From IMG/VR virus record IMGVR_UViG_3300044691_000349, positions 1 to 62,468 of that record: DNA of 62,468 bases; one strand, given 5' to 3'. The stretch is from a virus (Duplodnaviria > Caudoviricetes). Position 1 is the first letter of the stretch. Each line of letters begins with the position of its first letter. The notes beneath the pieces are model-generated. The model was given only the letters and a program-made list of their open reading frames with translations, was not told the origin of the DNA and did not search any database. Positions 28,820 through 37,939 of this stretch are shown here, piece by piece. The position numbers and the translations under genes are program-made.

Positions 28820-29524
28820 CTATCGCGCCCTCTCCTGTGCTCCGTAGCTCAGACACGACGTCACGGCATACGGATACTCAGCCGTCGCCGCCGCGCCCTT
28901 CTCGAATGGCAACTTGTTGTTGAACCATGCCGAGATGAGCAGGAGCATACCGTTCTTGATGCGAGCACCCGGTCCGGACCAGAATGGCGAACTCACAGAG
29001 CGGCCACTGGTGAAGCGCAGCAGGATCGAGGATGAAGGCCACGGCGTGAAGGTCGGCCAGGTGCCGTTATAGGGCGGCGCGACGACAGCCGGCTGCTTTG
29101 CGACGTCCACGATGTAATCCGTATCCTTGACCATCGTCGTAAAGGCGCCGTTCGAGTCCTTGTACTGCAGTAGGTCGACGGAGATCGTGGGTGAGCGCAT
29201 CTCCAGCCGATAGGAAGGCCAGTAATCCATGCTGAGGTCCCATTGCTTGCGGACGAGATCTCTGTTCTGCAAGATCTCCGCCTGTTCCCGCGCGCCGGAA
29301 ATGAACATGCTGATCTGCGCGTCTTCGAAGGAGTCCGCTGGCGAGCGTACCGGGATTTTCAGGTAGTCCTTGACGAAGTTGACGTCCAACGGCTCGACGA
29401 AGGATTGCTCGGGCGAAGTCTCGGTGAGATTGAGGCTGCCGTAGGCGACAAGCGCTCCGTACAAACCGAGATTTCCATACGTACCGAAGGGCCCGACACC
29501 TCCGAATGGATACCAGCTACTCAT
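28820..29524 (-). CDS. Head-tail connector
   Basis: EPLDVNFVKDYLKI..GAREQAE..GMLLLISAWF. Confidence 0.85.
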   Translation of the reverse strand: MSSWYPFGGVGPFGTYGNLGLYGALVAYGSLNLTETSPEQSFVEPLDVNFVKDYLKIPVRSPADSFEDAQISMFISGAREQAEILQNRDLVRKQWDLSMDYWPSYRLEMRSPTISVDLLQYKDSNGAFTTMVKDTDYIVDVAKQPAVVAPPYNGTWPTFTPWPSSSILLRFTSGRSVSSPFWSGPGARIKNGMLLLISAWFNNKLPFEKGAAATAEYPYAVTSCLSYGAQERAR

Positions 29525-30390
29525 GCCGCATCCTTTCCGCAGACGCCAAAGAGGTTGAGGCCAGCAAAGCGCTCAGCGCCATGCTCCTGGTAAAGTTGCC
29601 CGCACTGCCATTCCTGCCAGGGAATAGTAGATTTGAGATGTTCCGTATGCGACCACCAGCCATCCGGAACCTCTGCGTAACGCCAGTTCTGATCGAATTG
29701 CAAATTCAAGCTGGGATCGAACGCCAGGCTGTAGAGTTTATTGATCTCCACGCGCGACTTGTTCGGCCAGCGCAGCGTCTCGGTCATCTTGTAGAGCGCA
29801 TGCTTGGCCTTCAGACGTCGTTCGTCCGCGCCCCAGAGATGCATGACACCGCCCGCGCCCTGCTGAATCGGCCGATAAGGCTGCAACATCCTGCCCATAG
29901 GCTCGCGGTGATGGAAGCGATCGCCGGTCCAACTAAGCCTCGGATCGTCCATGAAGACGGTAGAAAACCACCGATCTCCCCAGATGCCATTTGCGTGGTA
30001 CTTATTCAGGCCGCCGCGCAGGTTATAGCCCGGGAGCTGCATGAGTTGATCCGGCCGCATCCTCTCGGCCGCTACTCTGACCTGCTGCCATATGTTCGCG
30101 CTCAGGATCTCATCTGCGTCAATGATAGCCAGGTGCGTCGCGCCAGCCTGCCGAGCAGCATCAAGCATCATTTGCCGGTGTTCCATCTCGCGCCAAGCTG
30201 GATCTTCGTCGGAAATGGAGATTACGCGCGAACCATAATCGATCGCTAATCCCTCGATGATCAGAGGGCTATTGTCCGTGCTCGAGTGGTCGAGGATCAC
30301 GAGCGCATCGCACCATTCCAGCGCCACGCGCGCCGAGGTTCCCAGCACCCAATCTTCGTTCCGACAGGCCAGCATGCCAATCAGGCGCAT
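29521..30390 (-). CDS. Glycosyltransferase family 2
   Basis: CRNEDW, LDHSSTDNS, IIDADE. Confidence 0.85.
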   Translation of the reverse strand: MRLIGMLACRNEDWVLGTSARVALEWCDALVILDHSSTDNSPLIIEGLAIDYGSRVISISDEDPAWREMEHRQMMLDAARQAGATHLAIIDADEILSANIWQQVRVAAERMRPDQLMQLPGYNLRGGLNKYHANGIWGDRWFSTVFMDDPRLSWTGDRFHHREPMGRMLQPYRPIQQGAGGVMHLWGADERRLKAKHALYKMTETLRWPNKSRVEINKLYSLAFDPSLNLQFDQNWRYAEVPDGWWSHTEHLKSTIPWQEWQCGQLYQEHGAERFAGLNLFGVCGKDAA

Positions 30391-31025
30391 CAGTAGCATC
30401 CATCCGCAATCAAAGTCGTATCTTCCGTCTCGCCTCCGCGATAGGAAAAGAACGCGGGAGGGTTTGTCAGGGGCACCCCTAGCCTCCAGGCGATGACGCT
30501 GGCCGCAGTCTGGTCATGGCGGTGCTGCACGCCGATGCCGCCCGTCCAGGGGCCACAGAATGCGCGGGTCTCGCTCGCCAAATAGTAGTATGCGGACAGA
30601 AACTTCTGCCCTTTGGGATGATTGAGGTCGATTGCGAAGGCCGTCGCCGACACATGCTCGATTTGCTCGTTCTCCTCAGGGGTAACGCCAAGGTCCGGAT
30701 AGGCGCTCAGTGCCGTCCACTCGGAGTTGCGATAGCCGTTGCGCGAGAACCATACACCATGCTCCGCAGCATGCCGCCAGATCGCATCCAATGGCCTCGC
30801 CACGACGATGGAGGCGTCTGCCCATAGCAGCCGGTCAAAGTCCCGAGATGCAGCTTCGAGCGCAAAGGCCTTGAAGGCATAGGGCACGTCGGCATGGGAA
30901 GGGCAGCCAGCGGGCATCTGGCGCCACGCGATAAGCTTCTCTCCAAGCCCTTCGACCGCATTCTGCAGCCGCGCCTGTCCTTGGATATACCGGCCGGTAG
31001 AGACATTTACGACACATCTACTCAT
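30390..31025 (-). CDS. GT-A-like nucleotide-sugar transferase
   Basis: YAFKAFAL, LLWADAS, HRHDQTAAS. Confidence 0.7.
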   Translation of the reverse strand: MSRCVVNVSTGRYIQGQARLQNAVEGLGEKLIAWRQMPAGCPSHADVPYAFKAFALEAASRDFDRLLWADASIVVARPLDAIWRHAAEHGVWFSRNGYRNSEWTALSAYPDLGVTPEENEQIEHVSATAFAIDLNHPKGQKFLSAYYYLASETRAFCGPWTGGIGVQHRHDQTAASVIAWRLGVPLTNPPAFFSYRGGETEDTTLIADGCY

Positions 31026-31303
31026 CGCGCTGCCACACTTTCTGTGCTCCAGGCATGATGGCGAAGCGGTCCGCAAGAACCGACCCAAATGCGGGCGCAC
31101 AATCTCTGGGTTACCAATATGTGCTTCATCCAATACCAGCGCCCCGTCAAGGGATCTTTACGCGGGATCATCGCGAAACGCGTCAGGTCGCGCCTCACTG
31201 GATTAGCCTCCAACCGCGCGGCATCCGCATCATGCAAAGAGAGGATGGCTCGGATTCCATCCCGCCTGCGGCAGTCGCGACAGTTACAGCAGCACCGGCT
31301 CAT
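31022..31303 (-). CDS. Small Cys/Arg-rich hypothetical protein
   Basis: ATGA coupling both sides. Confidence 0.5.
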   Translation of the reverse strand: MSRCCCNCRDCRRRDGIRAILSLHDADAARLEANPVRRDLTRFAMIPRKDPLTGRWYWMKHILVTQRLCARIWVGSCGPLRHHAWSTESVAAR

Positions 31304-31908
31304 CGCGCGAACACCTGATTTTCTCCGCTGAAGTAGACCTCGCGGTACCCATTGGCCTTCGCAAGTTCCAGGCACTCCACATTGCGGTTGTCATGCTCAA
31401 CGCAGATGCACCGTGGAAGCCCCTTTCCGTCAATGAATCGCGGCAAGCGCAGCAGGTCGCTGAAGATCTGAACGCTCGACCCCTCAGCGTCGATACTGAT
31501 GAAGTCGAACTCGCCGAACCGTTCCATCAGATAGTCGATCTCGACACGTGGGGAGTAAAAGCGACCATAGAATCCACCCACTGCGCGCCACTTCTCGAAG
31601 TTTTCCTGAGACGACGTGCTCAGCGCATCGGCAGATGCGTGGAATTGCGCTAGGGTCTCCATGCCGCCTATGCAGGCGCATACCAAGCTGATCCGCTCAT
31701 CCTCGCCGTACTCTTTGAGCAGCCCAAGAAACGGCTCGGGCGATGGCTCGATCAGCACGCCGCTCCAGCCCAGCTCATAGAGGGCGCGCGTGTTCGACAG
31801 ATTCTTCGCATGCCATGCGCCTATGTCGAGAAACCTGCCAGAGCTGCCAGCGTGCTCGAGGATGTGCTCCTGCTCGTCACCCTGCGAATATTTGATTGCT
31901 TCGCTCAT
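31300..31908 (-). CDS. FkbM-family methyltransferase
   Basis: YSQ..FLDIGA..SNT..GWSGVLIEP..ISIDAEG..CVEH. Confidence 0.88.
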   Translation of the reverse strand: MSEAIKYSQGDEQEHILEHAGSSGRFLDIGAWHAKNLSNTRALYELGWSGVLIEPSPEPFLGLLKEYGEDERISLVCACIGGMETLAQFHASADALSTSSQENFEKWRAVGGFYGRFYSPRVEIDYLMERFGEFDFISIDAEGSSVQIFSDLLRLPRFIDGKGLPRCICVEHDNRNVECLELAKANGYREVYFSGENQVFAR

Positions 31909-32633
31909 ACCGTAGCTCCTACCGCAGCGATCGGCATGCATGGAGCGAAGTCGCAGCGCTTCAAACGCATATATATCGCCTCCATTTCCTGCCAGTGCGC
32001 CGAGCTGTTCCACTTCACCAGGTGCGCCGGCGGACTGATCCGATTCACCGCAGAGTGCAGGCCATCATCCTGGCGCATAAAGTGCCGATGTAGATGGATC
32101 AGATCCTGCCGCTGCCAGAAGGCGCCGCAGCGGATCGCCGTGTCCTGCAAGCACTGATCAACAAACATGTGGGTAAACTCGGGCCAAAGCGGCCCGCTGC
32201 CCCCGTTCGCGCGCTCACACCATTCCCGTCCCATCCAAGGGCTTCCGGCAATCCTATCGATGGAACCGCCTGCAAAGCGGTCTCCGGTCGGCTGCATCAC
32301 CCCGAAGGTTCCATTGAAGTGATCGCGGCATTGCGCGGCAATATGCTCCGGTGAGTGACTCAGGTCCGGTAGAGTGTCGTCGCCGCCGGTCACGATCCAC
32401 TCGCACCGCGTGTCCCGCGATAGTACCTCCGCAGCGAGCGCATTGACGGCTTGCGCATAGCCCGGATACTTCCCGGTGAGGAGTATGTCGCAGACCGGTG
32501 GCACCGTCTCCGCAGCATCCCGCCATAAGGCGATCAGATAGCCGCGCTGTCTCCAGATCGCGAGCATGGCGTTCGCCTCGGATGCTTTACGCGCGCTGGG
32601 AATGCAAAACCATGTGTGAGTGTTTGCCATCAT
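31905..32633 (-). CDS. GT-A fold glycosyltransferase
   Basis: IPSAR, AVNAL, TGGDDTLPD, FVDQCL, LIHLHRH. Confidence 0.65.
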   Translation of the reverse strand: MMANTHTWFCIPSARKASEANAMLAIWRQRGYLIALWRDAAETVPPVCDILLTGKYPGYAQAVNALAAEVLSRDTRCEWIVTGGDDTLPDLSHSPEHIAAQCRDHFNGTFGVMQPTGDRFAGGSIDRIAGSPWMGREWCERANGGSGPLWPEFTHMFVDQCLQDTAIRCGAFWQRQDLIHLHRHFMRQDDGLHSAVNRISPPAHLVKWNSSAHWQEMEAIYMRLKRCDFAPCMPIAAVGATV

Positions 32634-32878
32634 TTTATCGGCCGACGCCGGCAATCAATTTCGTAGTTTTTCAAGGCCGCTGAAACTGAACAGGCTGCAA
32701 TGCCTGCGAGAACCCGCTTCACTACCTGCTCGACTCGCTCCACTTCCTTTATGGCGTCCTGAGCGTCGACATCGATCCGGATAGAAATCCCGTCAGTCGG
32801 CTTTACGCGCGGGTCAATCAGATCTGCCCATTTTCGGAGCGCCCGCGCCAGCTTAGATTTCATAGGGGTGCCTTTCAT
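32630..32878 (-). CDS. Hypothetical protein
   Basis: ATGA coupling both sides. Confidence 0.5.
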   Translation of the reverse strand: MKGTPMKSKLARALRKWADLIDPRVKPTDGISIRIDVDAQDAIKEVERVEQVVKRVLAGIAACSVSAALKNYEIDCRRRPIK

Positions 32879-33204
32879 ATCAGGTCGACAATCTGCTTCG
32901 CGCCGCTTATTTGAGATTTCAACACCGCCGCGTGTGCGATCCGCTTCGCCTCTTCCGGGTTCTCGAGGAGCGCGTCTGCTATCTCGCGAAATTGAGCTTC
33001 GGTGACGAAGCATTCCGACGTAATGCGAAGCGGCTCGTTCACACTGACAGTCAACTCGAACTTAGTGCAGAGCTTCGGTATGATTCCAGTCTCGATCAGA
33101 CGTTCCACAATGGGGGAGTTATTCGGGATGACTGCGCTCTTGCGCGGACCGAGCAATTCTGCCAACTTCCGGAGCGCATAAGCCATCTTGCGTTGCATCT
33201 TCAT
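32875..33204 (-). CDS. Hypothetical protein
   Basis: ATGA coupling; RBS GGAG. Confidence 0.6.
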   Translation of the reverse strand: MKMQRKMAYALRKLAELLGPRKSAVIPNNSPIVERLIETGIIPKLCTKFELTVSVNEPLRITSECFVTEAQFREIADALLENPEEAKRIAHAAVLKSQISGAKQIVDLI

Positions 33205-33794
33205 AGCACTCTCCAGTTGTCGCCCATGCAGCGCGGGCTCGTGTTTCCGCTGTGGATCGTGGCATGCATTATTACCTCTGCGTCGACGCTGATAAGTTGC
33301 TTGGCCGCGCTTGCGACTGAGACGAAGAAGTTGTCCTCGCCGATGTTCTTCGGCTCAAAGGGATGCTCTTTCCACCAGCTACGGCGATAACAGAGCGACG
33401 TGCCGAGCGCATAGTTTTGCGTGCCTTCGTACTTCCACCACTTCTCGCCATCCGTGAACCGCATCGAATGGAAGCCGGCGAGGGAAAGCCCGCTTTCGTT
33501 GAGCATGCCAATCTGGAGTGCCAGGCGCCAGCTTTCGCTCCAATCGTCATCATCCCAGTGGCAGATGATCTCGCCGAGAGCCTGACCGCAGCCGAAATTG
33601 CGCTTCTCCCCAATGTTCCGCTGCTCGGCCAGGTGCACCAGCCGGATGCGGTCATCGGCCGGAACGAGGTCCCGAACGTCCTCCCCGTCGGACAGAATCA
33701 GAAGTTCGCGATGCGGGTATGTCTGCTGCTGGAAGCAAAGGATCGCTTGCGGCAACCACTGTCGCCTGTTCCGGGTTATGCAGAGGCACGTCAC
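33201..33794 (-). CDS. Glycosyltransferase family 2 (start uncertain)
   Basis: VTCLCITRNR..QQTYP..GEKRN..HWDDDD..GED. Confidence 0.85.
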   Translation of the reverse strand: MTCLCITRNRRQWLPQAILCFQQQTYPHRELLILSDGEDVRDLVPADDRIRLVHLAEQRNIGEKRNFGCGQALGEIICHWDDDDWSESWRLALQIGMLNESGLSLAGFHSMRFTDGEKWWKYEGTQNYALGTSLCYRRSWWKEHPFEPKNIGEDNFFVSVASAAKQLISVDAEVIMHATIHSGNTSPRCMGDNWRVL

Positions 33795-33993
33795 GAAACG
33801 GTTGCCGCGGGCCCACCTCGGGAGCTTCCGGGATGATGACCTTGGTCTCGTATTCCACGCGGGGCGGAGCGGCATACCGCACCAGGCCGGACTTGCGCAA
33901 TTCCTCTGCGAGTGCATCACGGCACTCGAACTCTTGATCGGGGACCTTAGTCCCATACTCGCCGCGGAGTTGGCTGTTTGCGATTACTCTCAT
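33652..33993 (-). CDS. Small protein after capsid gene (YETK motif), probable head accessory
   Basis: MRVIANSQL start; position typical of small virion proteins. Confidence 0.65.
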   Translation of the reverse strand: MRVIANSQLRGEYGTKVPDQEFECRDALAEELRKSGLVRYAAPPRVEYETKVIIPEAPEVGPRQPFRDVPLHNPEQATVVAASDPLLPAADIPASRTSDSVRRGGRSGPRSGR

Positions 33994-34087
33994 AGGTTTT
34001 ACGGGCTGGCTTTTATTCCTTGGTTTGCTAGGGAAAAAGGGAGGCACCGCCAATTTCAGCGGTGCCCCTGAGGCAGCTAAGGCAACT

Positions 34088-35305
34088 CTATGGAGAGGTG
34101 GTGAAGGTGCCAGTGACATAGCTGGCTGCGCGCTTGGTGATAAGGGCCAAGCGCTTCTCGGCGCGGATCGCAATCAAATTGCGAGTGAAGTAGTCCGAAT
34201 GCTCGGTCGATATCTCGATCTGCATGTCCATCCGATCGCGAATCTCGGCCGCCACGGGACTTCCGCTGCCGACCAGGAACGTCCCCTGCGCCATCGATGT
34301 GGTCGGAACCACGTCGAGGCCGAAGATGTTAGGCCGCACAATGATCTGAGGGTCCCCCAGGATGTACCGCCCGAACGAGTCCTTGGTCAGTCGGATGTCC
34401 CACCAGTCGTTCGTGCTCATGACCGCGAACGTCGGGTCGATTTCCTTGGCGGCGTTGATCTGTTTGATTGCGGTGGCAATCACGTCGATCTTGTTCCACC
34501 CCTTTGCGGCGGAGGGAAGCAATGCCGTGCTGAAAGCGGACGCCTGACCGAGCAGCCCATGAAGGTTTTCTCCGGTATTATCACCAGCAAGCAGCTGCAA
34601 CTCTTCTTCCAGGTTGACGTAATAAGGCATTGCGCCCTGGATGAAGCTCATGAGCTCGACAAAATCGTCGAGCACCTGCCGAGTTGCAGGAATCCATGTC
34701 GCCAGCAACCGAACCTTCTCGCTTACCGAGGCAAAGGTCAGGGTGTTTTCCGGCTTGACGCTCGCTTCCGCTACCGGCGAAGCGATGGCCATCGGATTAC
34801 TCACCTTGACGAAGTCGACGACTTGCATTGTTGTGGGCCGCGCGCTCAACAGATCGCGGATCCTGAGAGCCTGCCGAGCTTCCGGCGTGATCCCGGGGAT
34901 GCGATCGATCTGCAGGACGCCGGTCGTGGCCACGCCTACAGGGTTCAGGGCATCGCCGCCGGCAGAACCGGACGTGACGCCGCTGATGATCGACTTGCGG
35001 CTCATCAGCTCCTCGACTTCGCTGCCCTTGATCTGGATCACGGCCTTGCCGCTGCGATCCTTCAGCAGCCGCTGGACGCTCTCGTTCTCGCGGATATTCT
35101 TCACGAGCGTCGGGCCCTGACCCTGGTCAGCGATGTGCTTCTGAGCCAACTTTACGTCGAGTGCGTCGACCTGCGTCTGCAGCTTGGTGATGGTGCTTTT
35201 GGTGTCCTCGAGCATGGTTCCGTTCGCCTTCTGCTCGGCGGAAGCCTTCTCGAAATGGGTTTTGAGCTCGGTCTGCAGCGCAGCGAGCTGGTCTTTGATT
35301 TCCAT
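34088..35305 (-). CDS. Major capsid protein, HK97 fold
   Basis: Coiled-coil delta domain; KPE, QVLDD, EELQLLAGD, FTRNLIAIRAEKRL. Confidence 0.95.
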   Translation of the reverse strand: MEIKDQLAALQTELKTHFEKASAEQKANGTMLEDTKSTITKLQTQVDALDVKLAQKHIADQGQGPTLVKNIRENESVQRLLKDRSGKAVIQIKGSEVEELMSRKSIISGVTSGSAGGDALNPVGVATTGVLQIDRIPGITPEARQALRIRDLLSARPTTMQVVDFVKVSNPMAIASPVAEASVKPENTLTFASVSEKVRLLATWIPATRQVLDDFVELMSFIQGAMPYYVNLEEELQLLAGDNTGENLHGLLGQASAFSTALLPSAAKGWNKIDVIATAIKQINAAKEIDPTFAVMSTNDWWDIRLTKDSFGRYILGDPQIIVRPNIFGLDVVPTTSMAQGTFLVGSGSPVAAEIRDRMDMQIEISTEHSDYFTRNLIAIRAEKRLALITKRAASYVTGTFTTSP

Positions 35306-35341
35306 GGTGGTTTCCTTTTGGAACTGGATTTTTCCCGTTGA

Positions 35342-36403
35342 TTACGCTTTCGGGATCAGCGACCTCAGACCAGTGAGGATTTCTGCGGCTGCCGAGTGGT
35401 CTTCGACCGGCTCGGTTTTCGTTTCCAGCGCGGCTCTCGATTTCAAAGTGTCGTCGCCCGAATCATCAGCTGGATCTTCGGGATCGTCGTCGGCTTCTCC
35501 GTCGAATAGTGCGTTGAAAATATCGTCCATGCTCTTCACGTGTCCATGAGCCTCTTGCATGCTCTTCAACGTGTCAGCACTAAATTTGCGCCCTTCTTTG
35601 AGTTCGAGTGCGAGTACCGGGAGGCCCTTAGCTTTGCGGCTCAGTGCCGCGCCAAAGCCCTTCTCTTCCATTCGTAGGCGACCCATCAGCTCCATGTCGC
35701 CATATTCCGCGGCCAGCCAGTCGAGATATTGCGGGAGGTAGACCATGAAAGCTTCGGAGAACTGATCGATGACCGTCTGCGCGGCGGTAAGCTTATCGTC
35801 TCTGGTTATGCCGCTCGCCCAGACAACGCTCCCGAGCGCCTGGAACAAAGCGCAGCGCATTTGCCAGCCCGCATCCTGAAGCTGCACTTCGGCCAGCTCA
35901 GTATTGAAGTCTTCCTTTGTTTCGGTTCCACCCATGCTCTTGATCGAGGTGACCATTGCTGATTCGTTCATCGGGAAAGTGACGATTGAACCTTCCCACA
36001 GCCGCACTTCCTTGAGTTGCCGCACGCCGTTTTCAACCGAGTCCTTGATGGTATCGAATCCGATAGACATACCCTTGATCACGCGGGCTTTGAGCAAGAT
36101 GTAGGCCTTCTTTGCCTCCGGCAGAGCCAGCAGCAACTGGCCCTTGACGTTGAGCGCAGCGGGGGAATCGATCAGCGTGAGCGTCCCGATAGGCTCCTTG
36201 TGGTTGTGCTGCCAAAGAAGCGGAATCTCCGAACCGCGCTCTTGGATGGTCTTCGTAAACGCGCCCGGCAAGATCGAATCGCCGCCCAGGTCGACGTTGT
36301 TGTAGACGGCAAGCTGCCCTTCGAAGCTACCATCTTCCCCTAGCGACTTGACTTGGACCGAGAAGCGCGGCTTCCCCGATTTGGCATTGATAGTTGGAGG
36401 CAT
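35342..36403 (-). CDS. Prohead protease (HK97 family) with C-terminal extension
   Basis: FEGQLAVYNNVD, LLWQH, GMSIGF, LWEGSIVTFPMN. Confidence 0.93.
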   Translation of the reverse strand: MPPTINAKSGKPRFSVQVKSLGEDGSFEGQLAVYNNVDLGGDSILPGAFTKTIQERGSEIPLLWQHNHKEPIGTLTLIDSPAALNVKGQLLLALPEAKKAYILLKARVIKGMSIGFDTIKDSVENGVRQLKEVRLWEGSIVTFPMNESAMVTSIKSMGGTETKEDFNTELAEVQLQDAGWQMRCALFQALGSVVWASGITRDDKLTAAQTVIDQFSEAFMVYLPQYLDWLAAEYGDMELMGRLRMEEKGFGAALSRKAKGLPVLALELKEGRKFSADTLKSMQEAHGHVKSMDDIFNALFDGEADDDPEDPADDSGDDTLKSRAALETKTEPVEDHSAAAEILTGLRSLIPKA

Positions 36404-36423
36404 ATGTTCCTTTCGAAATTGAA

Positions 36424-36553
36424 TTGCAGCGGGCCGGATTCGATACCGGCGTTCCCCTGGGTTTTTATAGAGGTGGCGTCCATCCTCTATCGCGTGTTCT
36501 CTTCATTCGGATCCGCAGAGTCTAGCCCTGGCCGCTCCACGCCGCCGCTGCAA
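36424..36553 (-). ncRNA. tRNA-like structured element
   Basis: 9-bp closing stem TTGCAGCGG/CCGCTGCAA; GCCGG-TATCGAAT-CCGGC T-arm-like hairpin; GCGTG/CACGC and ATAGAGG/CCTCTAT stems. Confidence 0.6.
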
Positions 36554-36559
36554 ACTTGA

Positions 36560-37939
36560 TTACTCGCTGATGCGCACGAGCGAGGGTGACTGGGTTACCG
36601 GTGCCTTCGCGTCGCTGGGGAGCGACTGCATGTTGAGCTGAATGTGCTTGACGTCGCCGCCGGGGAACGGGTTCATGTCCTCTTGATCGCGGACCTCGTT
36701 CTGATCCCAGACGCCGTTCTGCAGGCCGATCGCATTGCCCTGCATGCGGGTCAGGAAATCGCCCTTGAGCAAGTCGCTTACATTGTGCTTGAAATAAAAG
36801 CCGGCGGCCTTCTCGTCTGGTGTGAGCACGCAGCGCCAGAGGTCCTGCTCCCAGCGTGTGAACAGTGGCTGCATGGTCACCTTCACGAACTCGAGCGCTA
36901 ATTGCTCAATGTTAGAGAAGGTGGCGCGACTCAGATCCCCTACGAGATGAGGGCTGACCAAAAACCAGCGGCAAATTTCGTGAATGTCGAAGAGCCGCGT
37001 CTCCAACATCTGCGAGTCAACGGCACTGAGGCCGGTCTGCTGATAAGTCGCGCCCATACCTTCGAGGATGGGGACCTTGTGCGGCTCTGCGTACGTCTTC
37101 TCCCAGTCATTGCGGAACTGATCGAACTTGGCATCGCTCTCGAACTTCTTATCGAACTTCAGTATGTACGGAACCCGGCCGCCGCCAGCATAGAAGCGCG
37201 CAACGTTCCGCTCTACCGACAGCGAAGTACCGATCGACTGCCGCGCCATCGTAATGACCGAGTAGCCGCGGAGACCGTCCCATCCGAGGCCTCGAATGTG
37301 GAGGATGTCTTGAGGCTTGCCGGGCTGCACCGTATAGGTCGTCTCGTTGTTACCGGCGATGCCACCCAGTCCATGCTTGACGATGTAGACCAGGCGCCGC
37401 TGACCTGTCTTCTCGCGATCTACTCCCACCTGCGAAGGATCGAGAGCGCGCAACTCTATGGCAGTTCCCGTTCCGCTCCGGCGGATGATTTGCGCGTATC
37501 CGTTCCCCTGTAGCGCCACATGGCTCGTCCGAGTCTCTTGGAAGCTCATCGCCGACATTTCATCATTCGGAGCATGCCGGAGCGCGTTGAACATCGGCTT
37601 GTCTTCCGCGAGCCTCTTCGCCCCGTCCTTTCGCTGGAGCATAACCAGCGGCGTTGCGCCTTGAGTCTCGCTGATCAGTCGGTTGCAGGCCCACACGACG
37701 GAATGGTTGAGCGCAGTCTCGAGCGATACCGGTTCGCCCGACCAGGCCGGCATGCCACCCGATAGGAGCGTGTAAATTCCCGGGTAGCCGTTGCGCGCAT
37801 ACCAGCCGGCATTGACCGCATCGAACGAGATGCCGCCGCCCTTCTGCTCGTTGATCCCGAGCGAGAGAGTCTCGTCTCCCATGCCTCCCTTGATCGCTTT
37901 ATATGCTCCCCGGACCGCATCGACGATTGCTGGAAACAC
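36560..37939 (-). CDS. Portal protein, HK97 family
   Basis: PNDEMS, GNGYA, ILHIRG, EICRWF.V.PHLVG, TFSNIEQ. Confidence 0.95.
   Translation of the reverse strand: MFPAIVDAVRGAYKAIKGGMGDETLSLGINEQKGGGISFDAVNAGWYARNGYPGIYTLLSGGMPAWSGEPVSLETALNHSVVWACNRLISETQGATPLVMLQRKDGAKRLAEDKPMFNALRHAPNDEMSAMSFQETRTSHVALQGNGYAQIIRRSGTGTAIELRALDPSQVGVDREKTGQRRLVYIVKHGLGGIAGNNETTYTVQPGKPQDILHIRGLGWDGLRGYSVITMARQSIGTSLSVERNVARFYAGGGRVPYILKFDKKFESDAKFDQFRNDWEKTYAEPHKVPILEGMGATYQQTGLSAVDSQMLETRLFDIHEICRWFLVSPHLVGDLSRATFSNIEQLALEFVKVTMQPLFTRWEQDLWRCVLTPDEKAAGFYFKHNVSDLLKGDFLTRMQGNAIGLQNGVWDQNEVRDQEDMNPFPGGDVKHIQLNMQSLPSDAKAPVTQSPSLVRISE

Noticed and set aside
34025-35341. Long antisense ORFs (e.g. 438 aa opposite the capsid, 380 aa opposite 53968-55089)
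   Set aside because: Typical stop-poor shadow frames of GC-rich genes, with no motifs
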